Below, piece by piece: positions 45,908-55,624 of a stretch of DNA of 64,000 nt (within the stretch, counting starts at the first letter, position 1; each line of letters starts with the position of its first letter). Both the position numbers and the translations under genes were made by a program. This DNA comes from an uncultured bacterium (lineage in GTDB: Bacteria > Krumholzibacteriota > Krumholzibacteriia > LZORAL124-64-63), in NCBI GenBank assembly GCA_963732385.1, contig CAVSZB010000003.1:384001-448000 (forward strand), read 5' to 3'. The notes below the pieces were generated by a model that worked only from the letters and a program-made list of their open reading frames with translations, made no database searches and was not told the origin of the DNA.

Positions 45908-47437
45908 TCAACGCCCCCGGTCGTAGAGCCCCAGGTTCAGCTTCAGGATGACCAGCAGCCGGCGCGGGTCGGTCAGGTCGCCGCGCGTGGCGGTCCGCAC
46001 CGCGTCATAATAACGAGCCAGGCGGGGATCGGCGATCTGGTTGCGATTCGTTTCGAGGGAAGCTTCGTAACCCTCGGGCACCGAGCGCTCCAGGTGTCCC
46101 AGGCGCCACTCCGGATCGCGGCGGCCGGGCAGACGCGCCAGCAACGGGTCGGCCAGCCCGAACAGGTCGATGATGTGCACCGTCGGCCCCGCGTAGTAGC
46201 CGAAGAATCCGATGGTGCGCTTCCGGACAACCGGGGTTCCGGCGAGCCGCGCGCGCAGGCCGTTGTTCGCCCAGGGCATATCGACGGGCGCGGAGCGGCC
46301 GGCGGCGCCGAGCAGGGAGGTGTGGGGGAAGTAGACCGCGCGTTCGTCCGCCACGCCGCCGGCGCCGCGGGCGTCCGCGCGTCCCTCTCCGAAGTGCGGG
46401 CCGCTGAGCCAGGTCGGGTCGGGGGCGGCCAGGCCCAGTCCCAGCACGACCACGGCGGCCACGGCGGTCGCGCGCCGATCGTTCAGGAAGGGCTGGCGCG
46501 CGAGCAACACGACCGCGGCCAGAAACGGCGCGGCCAGGAAGCGTCCCATCATGAAGTCGCCGCCGATGCGCACCGTGTACAGCAGTTGCAGCACGATGCC
46601 CAGGGTGATCGGGAAGCTCCGTCCATCGCGTCGCCGGGCAGCCAGGGCGATTGCGGCCAGGATCAGCAGGGGCGTCAGCGGGTCGCCCTGGAAAGTGGCG
46701 ACCAGATACGTCCCCCCGCGTCCCAGCAGCTCGCCCAGCGGCACCCCCGCCCCCAGCTTGGCGTAGGCGCTGTTGGGGAAGGGCGCGCCATAATACCAGC
46801 ACGAGAAGATCTCCCAGACGAGCAGCGGTGCGAAGCCCAGCGCCAGGGCGCGCAGACCGGGGCGGCGACCGACGGTGAAAAACCCCGCCACCAGCGCCGG
46901 CAGGAACAGCAGCAGGGTGTCCATCCGGTTCAGCGTGGCCAGACCCGCCAGCAGGGCGAGTCCGCCGTACGTGTGCGAGTCGATCCCGTCCCGCAGCCAG
47001 CGCCAGAGGAAGAGGGCGAGCAGCAGGTAGGTCAGGGGGGTTTCCAGACCGGAGCTGGCGAAGTCGGTGAAGGCTCGCGATCCGGCCAGGGCCAGCAGGA
47101 GCACCAGTCGGGGGCCGGGGCGCCGGCCCACCGCCGCGGCCGCGACCATCGCCGCGGCCGCGCTCAGCAGCAAAGACAGCAGCAGGCTGGTGTAGTACAC
47201 CTCGCCGCTGAGCGCGGTCAGGGGGCTGAGCAGCAACAGCCACAGGGGGTGCGTCGAGGGGAGCACGCGCTCGGCGACGTTCCAGACCAGTCCGCGACCG
47301 TGCACGAAGTTGTCGATCACGCGGAAGGTGATGTAGGCGTCGTCGCAGAGCCAGGCGGTCCGCACCATCACCGCCGACAGCAGGAGCCAGCCGGCAGCGG
47401 GCAGGAGGCGGGCGGCGGACAGGATTTTTCCGGTCAT
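45908..47437 (-). CDS. Polytopic membrane protein, GT-C-like (AftB-like N-terminus)
   Basis: DDAYITFR...N...G.GLVWN..ERV, SGLET.L, PNSAYAK, GGDFM..RF; start uncertain (47437 or 47449). Confidence 0.75.
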   Translation of the reverse strand: MTGKILSAARLLPAAGWLLLSAVMVRTAWLCDDAYITFRVIDNFVHGRGLVWNVAERVLPSTHPLWLLLLSPLTALSGEVYYTSLLLSLLLSAAAAMVAAAAVGRRPGPRLVLLLALAGSRAFTDFASSGLETPLTYLLLALFLWRWLRDGIDSHTYGGLALLAGLATLNRMDTLLLFLPALVAGFFTVGRRPGLRALALGFAPLLVWEIFSCWYYGAPFPNSAYAKLGAGVPLGELLGRGGTYLVATFQGDPLTPLLILAAIALAARRRDGRSFPITLGIVLQLLYTVRIGGDFMMGRFLAAPFLAAVVLLARQPFLNDRRATAVAAVVVLGLGLAAPDPTWLSGPHFGEGRADARGAGGVADERAVYFPHTSLLGAAGRSAPVDMPWANNGLRARLAGTPVVRKRTIGFFGYYAGPTVHIIDLFGLADPLLARLPGRRDPEWRLGHLERSVPEGYEASLETNRNQIADPRLARYYDAVRTATRGDLTDPRRLLVILKLNLGLYDRGR

Positions 47438-47521
47438 CGTATTCACCAACGCCCGATCGAAGCTCCCGTGAGGTCCCGGTGAGGATCGCCGGGCCGGCGA
47501 TCCCGGGGTCCGTCACACGAC

Positions 47522-49651
47522 TCAGTAGGTGATGAAGTAGAGGTCGGCCGCCACGGGACGGTCATCGACCATTGCCGTTCCTTCCGGGTAGGTGTCGCCG
47601 CGCAAGTCGGCGGGATCGTAAGCATGGCAGCCCAGGGCCACGGCCTGTTGTGGGTCGGCCAGGATTTCCAGGGTCCAGAGGATCTCCTGCCCCGCCGTTC
47701 CCGCCACCGGTCCAAAGGACCAACTCACCTTTTCCAGATTTTCCGAGACCACGACCGTCTGGGTCGACTCGCCGAGCGGTCGGGAAAAACCTCCCGCGCC
47801 GCGCCCCTGGATCCGCAGCCGGAGCCGCAGTTCCACCGGACCACGCTCGATGGCGCAACGGATCTGCAGGCCGGTCAGGCCGGCAGGCCCGATGCGGACC
47901 GTCTGACCGAGCCGGTGCCCCGGGCCCTGCAGCGGCAGCGAGTCGTCCAGGATGCGTTGCTCGACGTCCGGCAGCCGCTCGGCGAGGGGCCGGAGCTGAA
48001 TCGCGGATCGACCGCCGGGAGCCTGCGCCAGGATGTAATATTCGTCGAAGCCCCGCCGCAGGGGCATCACCACCGTGTAACGATCGCGAAGCCAGTCCCA
48101 AAGAGACGGGGAGAGATCGCGGATGCTGAATCTGCCCGCGACCAGGCCCCGAGCCTTGCCGATCACGGCCACCGCCGGGGGGCAGGCGTTCAGCCCCGCG
48201 ATCACGGCCGCCGGATTGCGGACTTCACCGGCCAGCAGCGTGACCTGGGGCGTGGCCGGCGGCCGGCCCATGATCACGTGCAGGCCGGGCTGGGCCGGCC
48301 AGATCAGCACGGGCGCTCGCGGCGATGCCGACAAAGAGTCCACGAGTGAGGCAAGGTGCGCGATGACCTCCTGCCGATCCGCGCTGACGAGCACGCCCGC
48401 TCCGGGGGGAGCCCAGCGCACCAGCCCCGGTCGTCCACTGTGCGAGGCGAGCCAGACGCCCTCCGCAAGGAAGACGCCCCAGCCCAGCGCGCACCCGACG
48501 AGCGCCACCGCGGCTCCGGCCGCCCGCGCGTGGCGCAGGGACGGATGCCATGTCCCCAGGAGCGCTGGCAGCAGCACGAGGCTGCCCAGCCAGGCCTGCT
48601 TCAGATGAGTGACGTCGCCTCGGCTGCTCATGGTCAGCCAGCCGCACAGGGCGACGGCGGTGGCGGCCATCCACGCCGGTCCTGCTCCGCGCAGACAGCG
48701 CCGGATGCCGAGCAGTGGAATGAGGACGAGGCCGAGGATGAGCGTCCGAATGCCGTGCGTGACTCCCGCCGCGTGTCCCGGCCAGGCGGCCGGCAGGATT
48801 TCGGCCGTGTCGAGGGAGGCGAAGGCGAAGGGCTGGCCAAATTCCGGAGCTGTCCGGAACGTCTCCCACCAGGAGATGCCCATCGCCGCGCGGAAGCCGG
48901 TCAGGGGATAGACCACCGTGTCCCACCACGCAGCATCGGCCGCCCCCGTGACCAGCAGCACGAGCCAGGCGCCGCCCAGGATGGTGATGCCGCCCACGAC
49001 GATTCCGGCTGTCTCGGCCGGCGGTGGCAACGGCGCCGTCGCGACCCGGCGGGTCACCGCGGCGATGACGGAAGGTCCCAGGAGCGTGCCGGCGACGACC
49101 ACCGTGGCGTAGGCCAGGCCGTCGACGCCGAAGAGGGCGACGGCTCCCCACACCGCGCCCAAACCACACCCCCGCAACAGCGCGGACCGGGTCCCCGGGC
49201 CGGCCGCTGCGTCTGAGTGGACGAGGCGATCCGCCCGATACGCCAGCAGGAACGCCAGGGCCACGATCGCCACGAAACGCGGATCGAAGGGACCGAGCGC
49301 CGCCACGCCGATCGGCACCAGCCAGCCCCATCTCCCGGCCCCGAGCCGTCGGCTCAGGGCGAAACCGATGGCGGCCGCGGCGCCGGTGGTCAGCGCCTTC
49401 AGGATCGCGAGACTGAGCGCGCTCGGACCGACCAGCCACGAGATCGGCAGGAGCAGGAGATAGCGCGCCGGACCGTAGATCGAGAACAGGTCGCGGTAGA
49501 GCAGCCCCCCCTCGGCAAGGATCCTGGCGCCGAGCACCCAGAGCCCGTCGTCGAGCAGGTTGAAACCCTGCCGGTAGACCGCCAGACCCAGGGCCAGCGG
49601 GCCGGCGCCCGCCGCCAGCGTCAGCAGGCATTCGCGGCGTTGCGGTGTCAA
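47522..49651 (-). CDS. Polytopic membrane protein, possible GT-C glycosyltransferase
   Basis: DDG after TM1, G.LLYRD....YGP, many TMs, soluble C-terminal domain; start uncertain (TTG 49651 with GAGGT). Confidence 0.65.
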   Translation of the reverse strand: MTPQRRECLLTLAAGAGPLALGLAVYRQGFNLLDDGLWVLGARILAEGGLLYRDLFSIYGPARYLLLLPISWLVGPSALSLAILKALTTGAAAAIGFALSRRLGAGRWGWLVPIGVAALGPFDPRFVAIVALAFLLAYRADRLVHSDAAAGPGTRSALLRGCGLGAVWGAVALFGVDGLAYATVVVAGTLLGPSVIAAVTRRVATAPLPPPAETAGIVVGGITILGGAWLVLLVTGAADAAWWDTVVYPLTGFRAAMGISWWETFRTAPEFGQPFAFASLDTAEILPAAWPGHAAGVTHGIRTLILGLVLIPLLGIRRCLRGAGPAWMAATAVALCGWLTMSSRGDVTHLKQAWLGSLVLLPALLGTWHPSLRHARAAGAAVALVGCALGWGVFLAEGVWLASHSGRPGLVRWAPPGAGVLVSADRQEVIAHLASLVDSLSASPRAPVLIWPAQPGLHVIMGRPPATPQVTLLAGEVRNPAAVIAGLNACPPAVAVIGKARGLVAGRFSIRDLSPSLWDWLRDRYTVVMPLRRGFDEYYILAQAPGGRSAIQLRPLAERLPDVEQRILDDSLPLQGPGHRLGQTVRIGPAGLTGLQIRCAIERGPVELRLRLRIQGRGAGGFSRPLGESTQTVVVSENLEKVSWSFGPVAGTAGQEILWTLEILADPQQAVALGCHAYDPADLRGDTYPEGTAMVDDRPVAADLYFITY

Positions 49652-49909
49652 TTTGCGGACCTCAGGGGAGTCGAGCCCGAGCGGATGACCTGTATTGCTG
49701 CCGGACTGGAGTCTCATCCTAGCAAGGCTGGAGATCGCTGTCTCTACCGGAAACTCCCCTGCCCGCGGTTTTGAGTCGGCGGTGGCGGCCGAAATGATTC
49801 TCAGGGCCCAAGTGTGTCGGACGCGCGGTCGGCTGCCCATTTCTTTGACAGCGTTATGGCTCGCTTCACGTGCTTCCCTTTGGCGATGCTTGCCCATGGA
49901 TGGGGCGGC

Positions 49910-51121
49910 TCAACCGGCCTCCTGGGGGACAAGTCCGGTCCCCGCTGCCGGCCGGCAGGTGAAACAGACGCCATCTTTTCCGCTCTGCTGGCGATAACGC
50001 GCCTGCGTGGCGGCCGCGAAGTCGGCGGCCGCTCCCGCTTCCACCAGCGCGATGGCGCTTCCGCCGAAGCCCGCGCCCGTGAGCCGCGCGCCGTGGCAGG
50101 TGGGGTGGTCGCGGGCCAGACCGGTGATCAGGTCGAGCTCGGGACAGGAGCCTTCGAACAGGTCGCGCAGGCTGGCGTGTGAGGCGTCCAGCAGACGGCC
50201 GGCCTCCGCGAAGTCGCGCCCGACCAGGGCGGCGGCCAGGGCTGCCGGTCGGGCCATCTCCTCCACCACATGGCGGGCGCGGCGCAGGAGGGTGTCGCCG
50301 GGGCTGCGCAGGAGGGTGTGGCCGGCGGCGAGGAGGTCGGGGGTGACGTCGCGCAGCGCGGTGATCGCGGGATCGAGAACGCGCAGGCGCCGCACCGCTT
50401 CGGCGCACGCCGCGCGCCGCTCGTTGTAGGCGCTGGCCGCGAGCCGGCGCGACACGGCGGTGTCCATGACGACGAAGGCCACCTCCTCCGGCAGCGGCAC
50501 CGGGGTGCATTCCAGCGAACGGCAGTCGAGCAGCAACGCCTGGCCGGCGCGGCCGCACGCCGAGGCGTACTGGTCCATCAGGCCGCAGGCGACGCCGACG
50601 AACCGGTTCTCCGCGCGCTGGCACAGGCGCGCCATGGCGACCGGATCCCAGGGGAGGCCGGCGGCGGCGCAGAGGGCGCGGGCCACGGCCAGTTCGAGGG
50701 CGGCGGAGGAGGCGAGACCGGCGCCCAGGGGGATGCTGCCGGCGAGGGCGAGATCGGCCCCGACAATCGGGAGGCCGGCCTCGCGCAGGGCCCACGCCGT
50801 GCCGGCCACGTAGGCGAACCAGTCGCCGCGGTGCGTGGCGTCGGGCGGCGGGAGGACGAGGTCGGACAGGCGGGTCTCGCGCGTCTCGGCGAAGGCGGCG
50901 GCGTGGGCGCGCAGGGTGCCGTCGGCGCGGGGGGCGACGGCGACGGCGACGTGGCGGTCGATCGCCATCGGGAGCACCTGGCCGTCCTGGTGGTCGACGT
51001 GCTCGCCGATCAGGTTGACGCGGGCGGGGGAGAGGACGATCGCCGCGGGGGCTGCGGCGGGGCTGAAGGTGACGGCGAAGGCCCGGCGGACCGCCGAAAT
51101 GAGTGATTGGGGCCGGGACAT
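49910..51121 (-). CDS. galK: Galactokinase
   Basis: P.RVNLIGEH.D, P.GAGL.SSAA, CGLMDQ, GARLTGAGFGG; GGAGG RBS. Confidence 0.93.
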   Translation of the reverse strand: MSRPQSLISAVRRAFAVTFSPAAAPAAIVLSPARVNLIGEHVDHQDGQVLPMAIDRHVAVAVAPRADGTLRAHAAAFAETRETRLSDLVLPPPDATHRGDWFAYVAGTAWALREAGLPIVGADLALAGSIPLGAGLASSAALELAVARALCAAAGLPWDPVAMARLCQRAENRFVGVACGLMDQYASACGRAGQALLLDCRSLECTPVPLPEEVAFVVMDTAVSRRLAASAYNERRAACAEAVRRLRVLDPAITALRDVTPDLLAAGHTLLRSPGDTLLRRARHVVEEMARPAALAAALVGRDFAEAGRLLDASHASLRDLFEGSCPELDLITGLARDHPTCHGARLTGAGFGGSAIALVEAGAAADFAAATQARYRQQSGKDGVCFTCRPAAGTGLVPQEAG

Positions 51122-51323
51122 GGGCAACCTCCCGCGGGCGGACGCGCCGCCGGCGGGGGATGATGGGACCGGGCGATGGCGGTTGTCCAGCCCGGGGAGT
51201 AGCAAAAGAGGAGTTTTCGCATGAATTGTCATGTTATGATCAAGTGGTCTCAACTGCCACGACGAGGCGGCTGGGGCCATGGGGAGGGGCACAACGGGGG
51301 GATTGCTTTCGGAGGGGAGTTCC

Positions 51324-54300
51324 ATGGGAATCGGTTGCGGATTTAGACGTTTGCTGGCCGCGGTTTCGTGCGTTCTGATCGGTTCCGGAACCGCGGCGGC
51401 AACGGCGCCAACCTACGTCGAGAACTTCTCCACGACGGATTATCGGGACCCGGCCCAGACCACGGCGTTATGGAATACCGCTGCCGGTGAACTGCGGCTG
51501 CATCCTTTCCAGATGTCCCTGCTCGATGCCTTCGACACCGGCACCGCCATGGATCTGGCCGTCGCCGGTCAGAGAATCTACGTCGCCGATTACACCAACG
51601 GCCTCTGCGTCCTGGATCTTTCGTGGTCCGCGTCGCTCAATCAGATCGGCCGGTACGATACTCCCGGCAATCCCTACGGGGTATTCGTGGCCGGGGACGT
51701 GGCCTATGTGGCCGACTACGCAGCCGGCCTGATCGTGATCGATATCAGTAATCCCAGCGCACCCAGCCTCCTGGGCAGTTACAACACCGCGGGCTATGCC
51801 CAGGGCGTGGTCGTGGCCGGGAATTACGCCTTCGTGGCCGACGGCCCCGCGGGGGTGGCCGTGATAAACGTCAGCAACCCCGCGAGTCCGACCTACGCCG
51901 GCGGGCTGGACACTCCCAGTACCGCCGTCCACCTGGCGCTGTCGGGAAACCTTCTCTTCGTGGCCGACGGAACGTCAGGTGTCCAGGTCATGGATGTCAC
52001 GGTTCCCGGCTCGCCTTCCCTGGTCGGTTCCTACAACACACCCGGCACGGCGCGCGGGGTGGCGGCCGATGGCGACTGGCTCTACGTGGCCGACTACAAT
52101 AACGGTCTGGTCATCCTGGACATCGCCAATCCCGCCGTGCCGACCCTGCTCGGCACCCTCGACACATCGGGCTATGCCAACCGGGTGTTCGTGTCCGGGA
52201 ATATGGCCTACCTGGCCGATCACAACAGCGGACTGCTCGCGATCGACGTCACCGACCGGGCCCATCCCGTGCTGGTGGAAGCCTTCGATACCCCGGGCGC
52301 GGCCTATTCCCTGGTCCTGGCCGACGAGCGCGCCTTCGTGGCCGACGGCACCTCCGGCGTGCAGATCGTCGACGTCCAGGATCTGGGAACTCCCCTGATC
52401 ACGGGCGTGGGATCCTCCGCGCTCAGCTCAGCCGTTGGCGTTGCGGTCCATGGTGATTTTGCCTTCGTGGCTGATGGACCGGGCGGAATGTCCGTCTATG
52501 ACATCAGCGACCTGTCCTCGCCGCAATTCGTCGCGAACTATCCCGCCGTCGGCGGCGCGTCGGCGGTGGTCACGGACGGGAACCATGCCTTCCTCGCCTG
52601 CGGATCCGACGGGCTGCATGTTTTCGACATCACGATTCCGGCTTCGCCGGTCCGCGTGGGCGGGTACGACACGCCCGGCAGCACGCTCGATGTGGTGGTC
52701 GACGGAGACTACGTCTATCTGGCGGACGGCCTGAACGGGGTGGGCGTTCTGAATATCAGCAATCCCGCCAGCCCTGCCTATGTGGGATGGTACCAGACGA
52801 ACGGCCTCGCCAGCGGACTGGCCCTGGCCGGGGATCGTCTCTTCGTGGCCGACAGCGGGAACGGAATCTGCGCACTGGATATCAGCAATCCGGCCTCATT
52901 GACTCTTGTGGGGACCCGTGCGGAGGCCGCCCGCCGTCTGGCCATCCACGGGGATCTTCTCTTTGTCGCGACGGACAACAATTTCCTGAACATTTTCGAC
53001 ATCAACGATCCCGCAAACATTTACATCTGGAACCCCTATTACGGCGAGAACTACACGCAGATCCGGGATATCACGATCGAAGGGGACTACGCTTTCCTCA
53101 GCGACGCGTCCACCGGTCTCCATGTTCTGGATATTTCCGACCCCAGCCGCTCCCTGGTTCCCGTGGGGTGGTGTGATCTGCCGCACCCCGGGCGCGTCTT
53201 GATCCGCGGCGCCCACGCCTTCGTTCCGAACCGCGACCTGGGCCTGGCGGTCGCGGAGGTCTTCTTCCGGGATTTCGACCTGACGAGGAACCGGGCCCAG
53301 TCCCTGACGCTGAACCCGGAGGGGCTGGAGATCGTTCGCGGCCGGTTGCAGAGCGCCCAGACCGACAGCCTGACCTGGCAGTTGACGGCCGACGGGGGCG
53401 TCCACTGGGTGGATCTGGCCCCGGGCGAGACAGGGATCGCCTTCGCTTCTCCGGGATCGGATCTCCGCTGGAGCGCGGAACTCTTTCTCGATCAGCCCCA
53501 GGTCAGCCCCGCGGTTTCCCGGCTGCAGGTGGACTGGTTCTATGCGGTTCCCTTCATCGTCGCAGTCACCGACATCCCGAACGACCAGGGCCGGCAGGTC
53601 CGGGTGGAGTGGAGCCGCAGCGGTCACGATTTTCTGGGCGATCCGTCCCAGATCGTCGAGTACGCGGTCTACCGGAAGATCGCCGATCCGGCCAAGGCGA
53701 CCGGCCCGGATCTGCCCGCGGCGCTGAGCGACGTGGCGCGTGAGTCCGCGCTGGCCATGGCCGCCGCCGGCTGGGATTTCGTGGCCAGCGTGCCGGTCCG
53801 CGTGCAGGACAGCTACGCGGTCGTCGTGCCCACCCTGGGGGACTCGACCCTCACCGACGGCCAGTTCTTCAGCACCTTCCTGGTCAGCGCGCTGACCGCT
53901 ACCCCGGGCGTGTTCTTCGATTCCCCGCCAGACAGCGGCTACTCCCTGGACAACCTCGCGCCCTCGGTGCCGGGCGGCTTCCTGGTGGACTACGCGCTGG
54001 CGGGCAACAGTCTCTCGTGGCTGGAAATCCCCGACCTGGACTTCCGCTGCTTCCGCGTCTACCGCGGCACGACGACCGACTTCGTGCCCGGCCCCGACAA
54101 TCTGGTGCACCTGACGATCGGCACCGGCTGGGTCGACCCCGTGGCCGACCCGTGGCGCTATCGTTACCAGTTGAGCGCGGTGGATTTCGCGGGCAACGAA
54201 AGCCCCCTGGCCCTGCCCGCCGCGGTGACGGGGATCGACGACGGCGCCGCGCCCACGCCCTTCGCCCTGAGCGCGAACGCGCCCAACCCGTTCAACCCGT

Positions 54301-54533
54301 TGACGACGATCGCGTTCGTGCTGCCCCGCGCCGAGCGGGTCAGGCTGGGCATCTTCGATCTGACGGGGCGCGTCGTGCGTGTCCTCGTCGACGAAGTGCG
54401 GCCGGCCGGCAGCCATGAGGTCCAGTGGAACGGGACGGACCATCGCGGCCAGCCGATGGCCTCGGGGGTGTACGTCTGCCGGATGGAGGCGGGCCCGTTC
54501 CGCGAGACGAGGCGGATGACGCTGGTGAAGTGA
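51324..54533 (+). CDS. Secreted LVIVD-repeat protein with FN3-like and FlgD-Ig/T9SS-like C-terminus; paralog of 17291-20545
   Basis: Signal peptide, ENFSTT..RDPA.TTA.W, LVIVD repeats, DIPNDQGRQVR, DNLAP, PNPFNP...ASGVY. Confidence 0.9.
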   Translation: MGIGCGFRRLLAAVSCVLIGSGTAAATAPTYVENFSTTDYRDPAQTTALWNTAAGELRLHPFQMSLLDAFDTGTAMDLAVAGQRIYVADYTNGLCVLDLSWSASLNQIGRYDTPGNPYGVFVAGDVAYVADYAAGLIVIDISNPSAPSLLGSYNTAGYAQGVVVAGNYAFVADGPAGVAVINVSNPASPTYAGGLDTPSTAVHLALSGNLLFVADGTSGVQVMDVTVPGSPSLVGSYNTPGTARGVAADGDWLYVADYNNGLVILDIANPAVPTLLGTLDTSGYANRVFVSGNMAYLADHNSGLLAIDVTDRAHPVLVEAFDTPGAAYSLVLADERAFVADGTSGVQIVDVQDLGTPLITGVGSSALSSAVGVAVHGDFAFVADGPGGMSVYDISDLSSPQFVANYPAVGGASAVVTDGNHAFLACGSDGLHVFDITIPASPVRVGGYDTPGSTLDVVVDGDYVYLADGLNGVGVLNISNPASPAYVGWYQTNGLASGLALAGDRLFVADSGNGICALDISNPASLTLVGTRAEAARRLAIHGDLLFVATDNNFLNIFDINDPANIYIWNPYYGENYTQIRDITIEGDYAFLSDASTGLHVLDISDPSRSLVPVGWCDLPHPGRVLIRGAHAFVPNRDLGLAVAEVFFRDFDLTRNRAQSLTLNPEGLEIVRGRLQSAQTDSLTWQLTADGGVHWVDLAPGETGIAFASPGSDLRWSAELFLDQPQVSPAVSRLQVDWFYAVPFIVAVTDIPNDQGRQVRVEWSRSGHDFLGDPSQIVEYAVYRKIADPAKATGPDLPAALSDVARESALAMAAAGWDFVASVPVRVQDSYAVVVPTLGDSTLTDGQFFSTFLVSALTATPGVFFDSPPDSGYSLDNLAPSVPGGFLVDYALAGNSLSWLEIPDLDFRCFRVYRGTTTDFVPGPDNLVHLTIGTGWVDPVADPWRYRYQLSAVDFAGNESPLALPAAVTGIDDGAAPTPFALSANAPNPFNPLTTIAFVLPRAERVRLGIFDLTGRVVRVLVDEVRPAGSHEVQWNGTDHRGQPMASGVYVCRMEAGPFRETRRMTLVK

Positions 54534-54724
54534 CTCTATATCCGCGGCTGTTTCGGCAGCAGGAGCGGGCGGCCGGAGCGAAGTCCGGCGGGGGAATGCG
54601 GGGCTGCCACATCCGCGCTTCCCCCGGAGCCGGCGCCGGGGCGAGCGGCACTTTTCTTGACACCCCCCCCGTCACCCCTTTCTTTGTCCCCCCTCCGGTC
54701 CCATACTGTCCGCGAGGAGTTGTC

Positions 54725-55189
54725 TTGCTCTGGACCTTGCCGACCAGCTATTGGCCCACTTCGGGCGCGGCCGAGGGGATCACGCCGCTGAACGCGTTCG
54801 ACAACGCGCTTCTGCGGGCTGGCATCGGCAACCTGAACCTGGTTAAACTGAGCAGTGTGCTGCCGGCGGGGGCCGTCCGGCTGGCGGAGGCGCCGGCCAT
54901 CGCGGCCGGCTCGCTGGTGCCGACCGTCTACACGACGAAGACCGGGACGAAGCCGGGAGAGGTCGTGGCGGCGGCGGTCGGGATCGGGCGCCAGCGCGAG
55001 GGTCACGGCATGATCTACGAGTGCACGGGCACTTCGCGGGCGGCCGTGGAGAGCCAGGTGCGCCGCATGGTGGAAGAGAGCTTCGCGCAGCGGGGGTACG
55101 AGCTGCACGACTTCCTCGTGGCCTCGGCAGAGCACCGGGTCGAGAGCGTCGGCTGCGCTCTGGCCGCGGTCGTTCTGTGGTGGGGGTGA
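54725..55189 (+). CDS. pdaD: Pyruvoyl-dependent arginine decarboxylase
   Basis: EG.T.LNAFD.AL..AGIGNLNLVKLSSVLP (Ser-Ser self-cleavage site); TTG start with GAGGAG RBS. Confidence 0.88.
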   Translation: MLWTLPTSYWPTSGAAEGITPLNAFDNALLRAGIGNLNLVKLSSVLPAGAVRLAEAPAIAAGSLVPTVYTTKTGTKPGEVVAAAVGIGRQREGHGMIYECTGTSRAAVESQVRRMVEESFAQRGYELHDFLVASAEHRVESVGCALAAVVLWWG

Positions 55190-55192
55190 GAA

Positions 55193-55624
55193 TTGGAAAG
55201 CATAGGCCGTCATCTCATTCTGGAGCTGTGGGGTTGTGACTTCGGCCTCCTCAACTCCGTGCCCGGCATCGAAAATGCCATGCGCGAAACCATCGACGCG
55301 AGCGGCTCGCGCTGCATCGACCTGAAGGTGGTTCCGTTCACGCCGCAGGGCATCACGGGCATCGCTGTCCTGGCCGAGTCCCACCTGGTCATCCACACGT
55401 GGCCGGAGCGCGGCTATGCCGGCGCCGAGCTGTTCGTATGCAGTTCGCTCGTCGACCTCGACAAGGCCACCGAGGTGCTGCAGCGCCACTTCCAGCCGGC
55501 GCACATCGGGGTCATGCAGCTCAACCGCGGCGTGATGCCGATCGGCGGCCCGGCCGCCCTGCAAGGAGTCGCCGCATGCGCGAGTTCGCCGAGCCCTTCC
55601 GACACGGCTGGCGGCAAGCGGTAG
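55193..55624 (+). CDS. speD: S-adenosylmethionine decarboxylase proenzyme
   Basis: GRHLILELWGC, F.PQG.TG, LAESH..IHTWPE. Confidence 0.92.
   Translation: MESIGRHLILELWGCDFGLLNSVPGIENAMRETIDASGSRCIDLKVVPFTPQGITGIAVLAESHLVIHTWPERGYAGAELFVCSSLVDLDKATEVLQRHFQPAHIGVMQLNRGVMPIGGPAALQGVAACASSPSPSDTAGGKR

Noticed and set aside
51279..54533. Identical 1084-aa ORF length of the two LVIVD paralogs as a sign of recent duplication
   Set aside because: Coincidental: the likely start at 51324 gives a shorter protein and the sequences are clearly divergent.
54657..54707. Sigma70 promoter for pdaD from TTGACA 54657
   Set aside because: No convincing -10 at 16-18 nt spacing.
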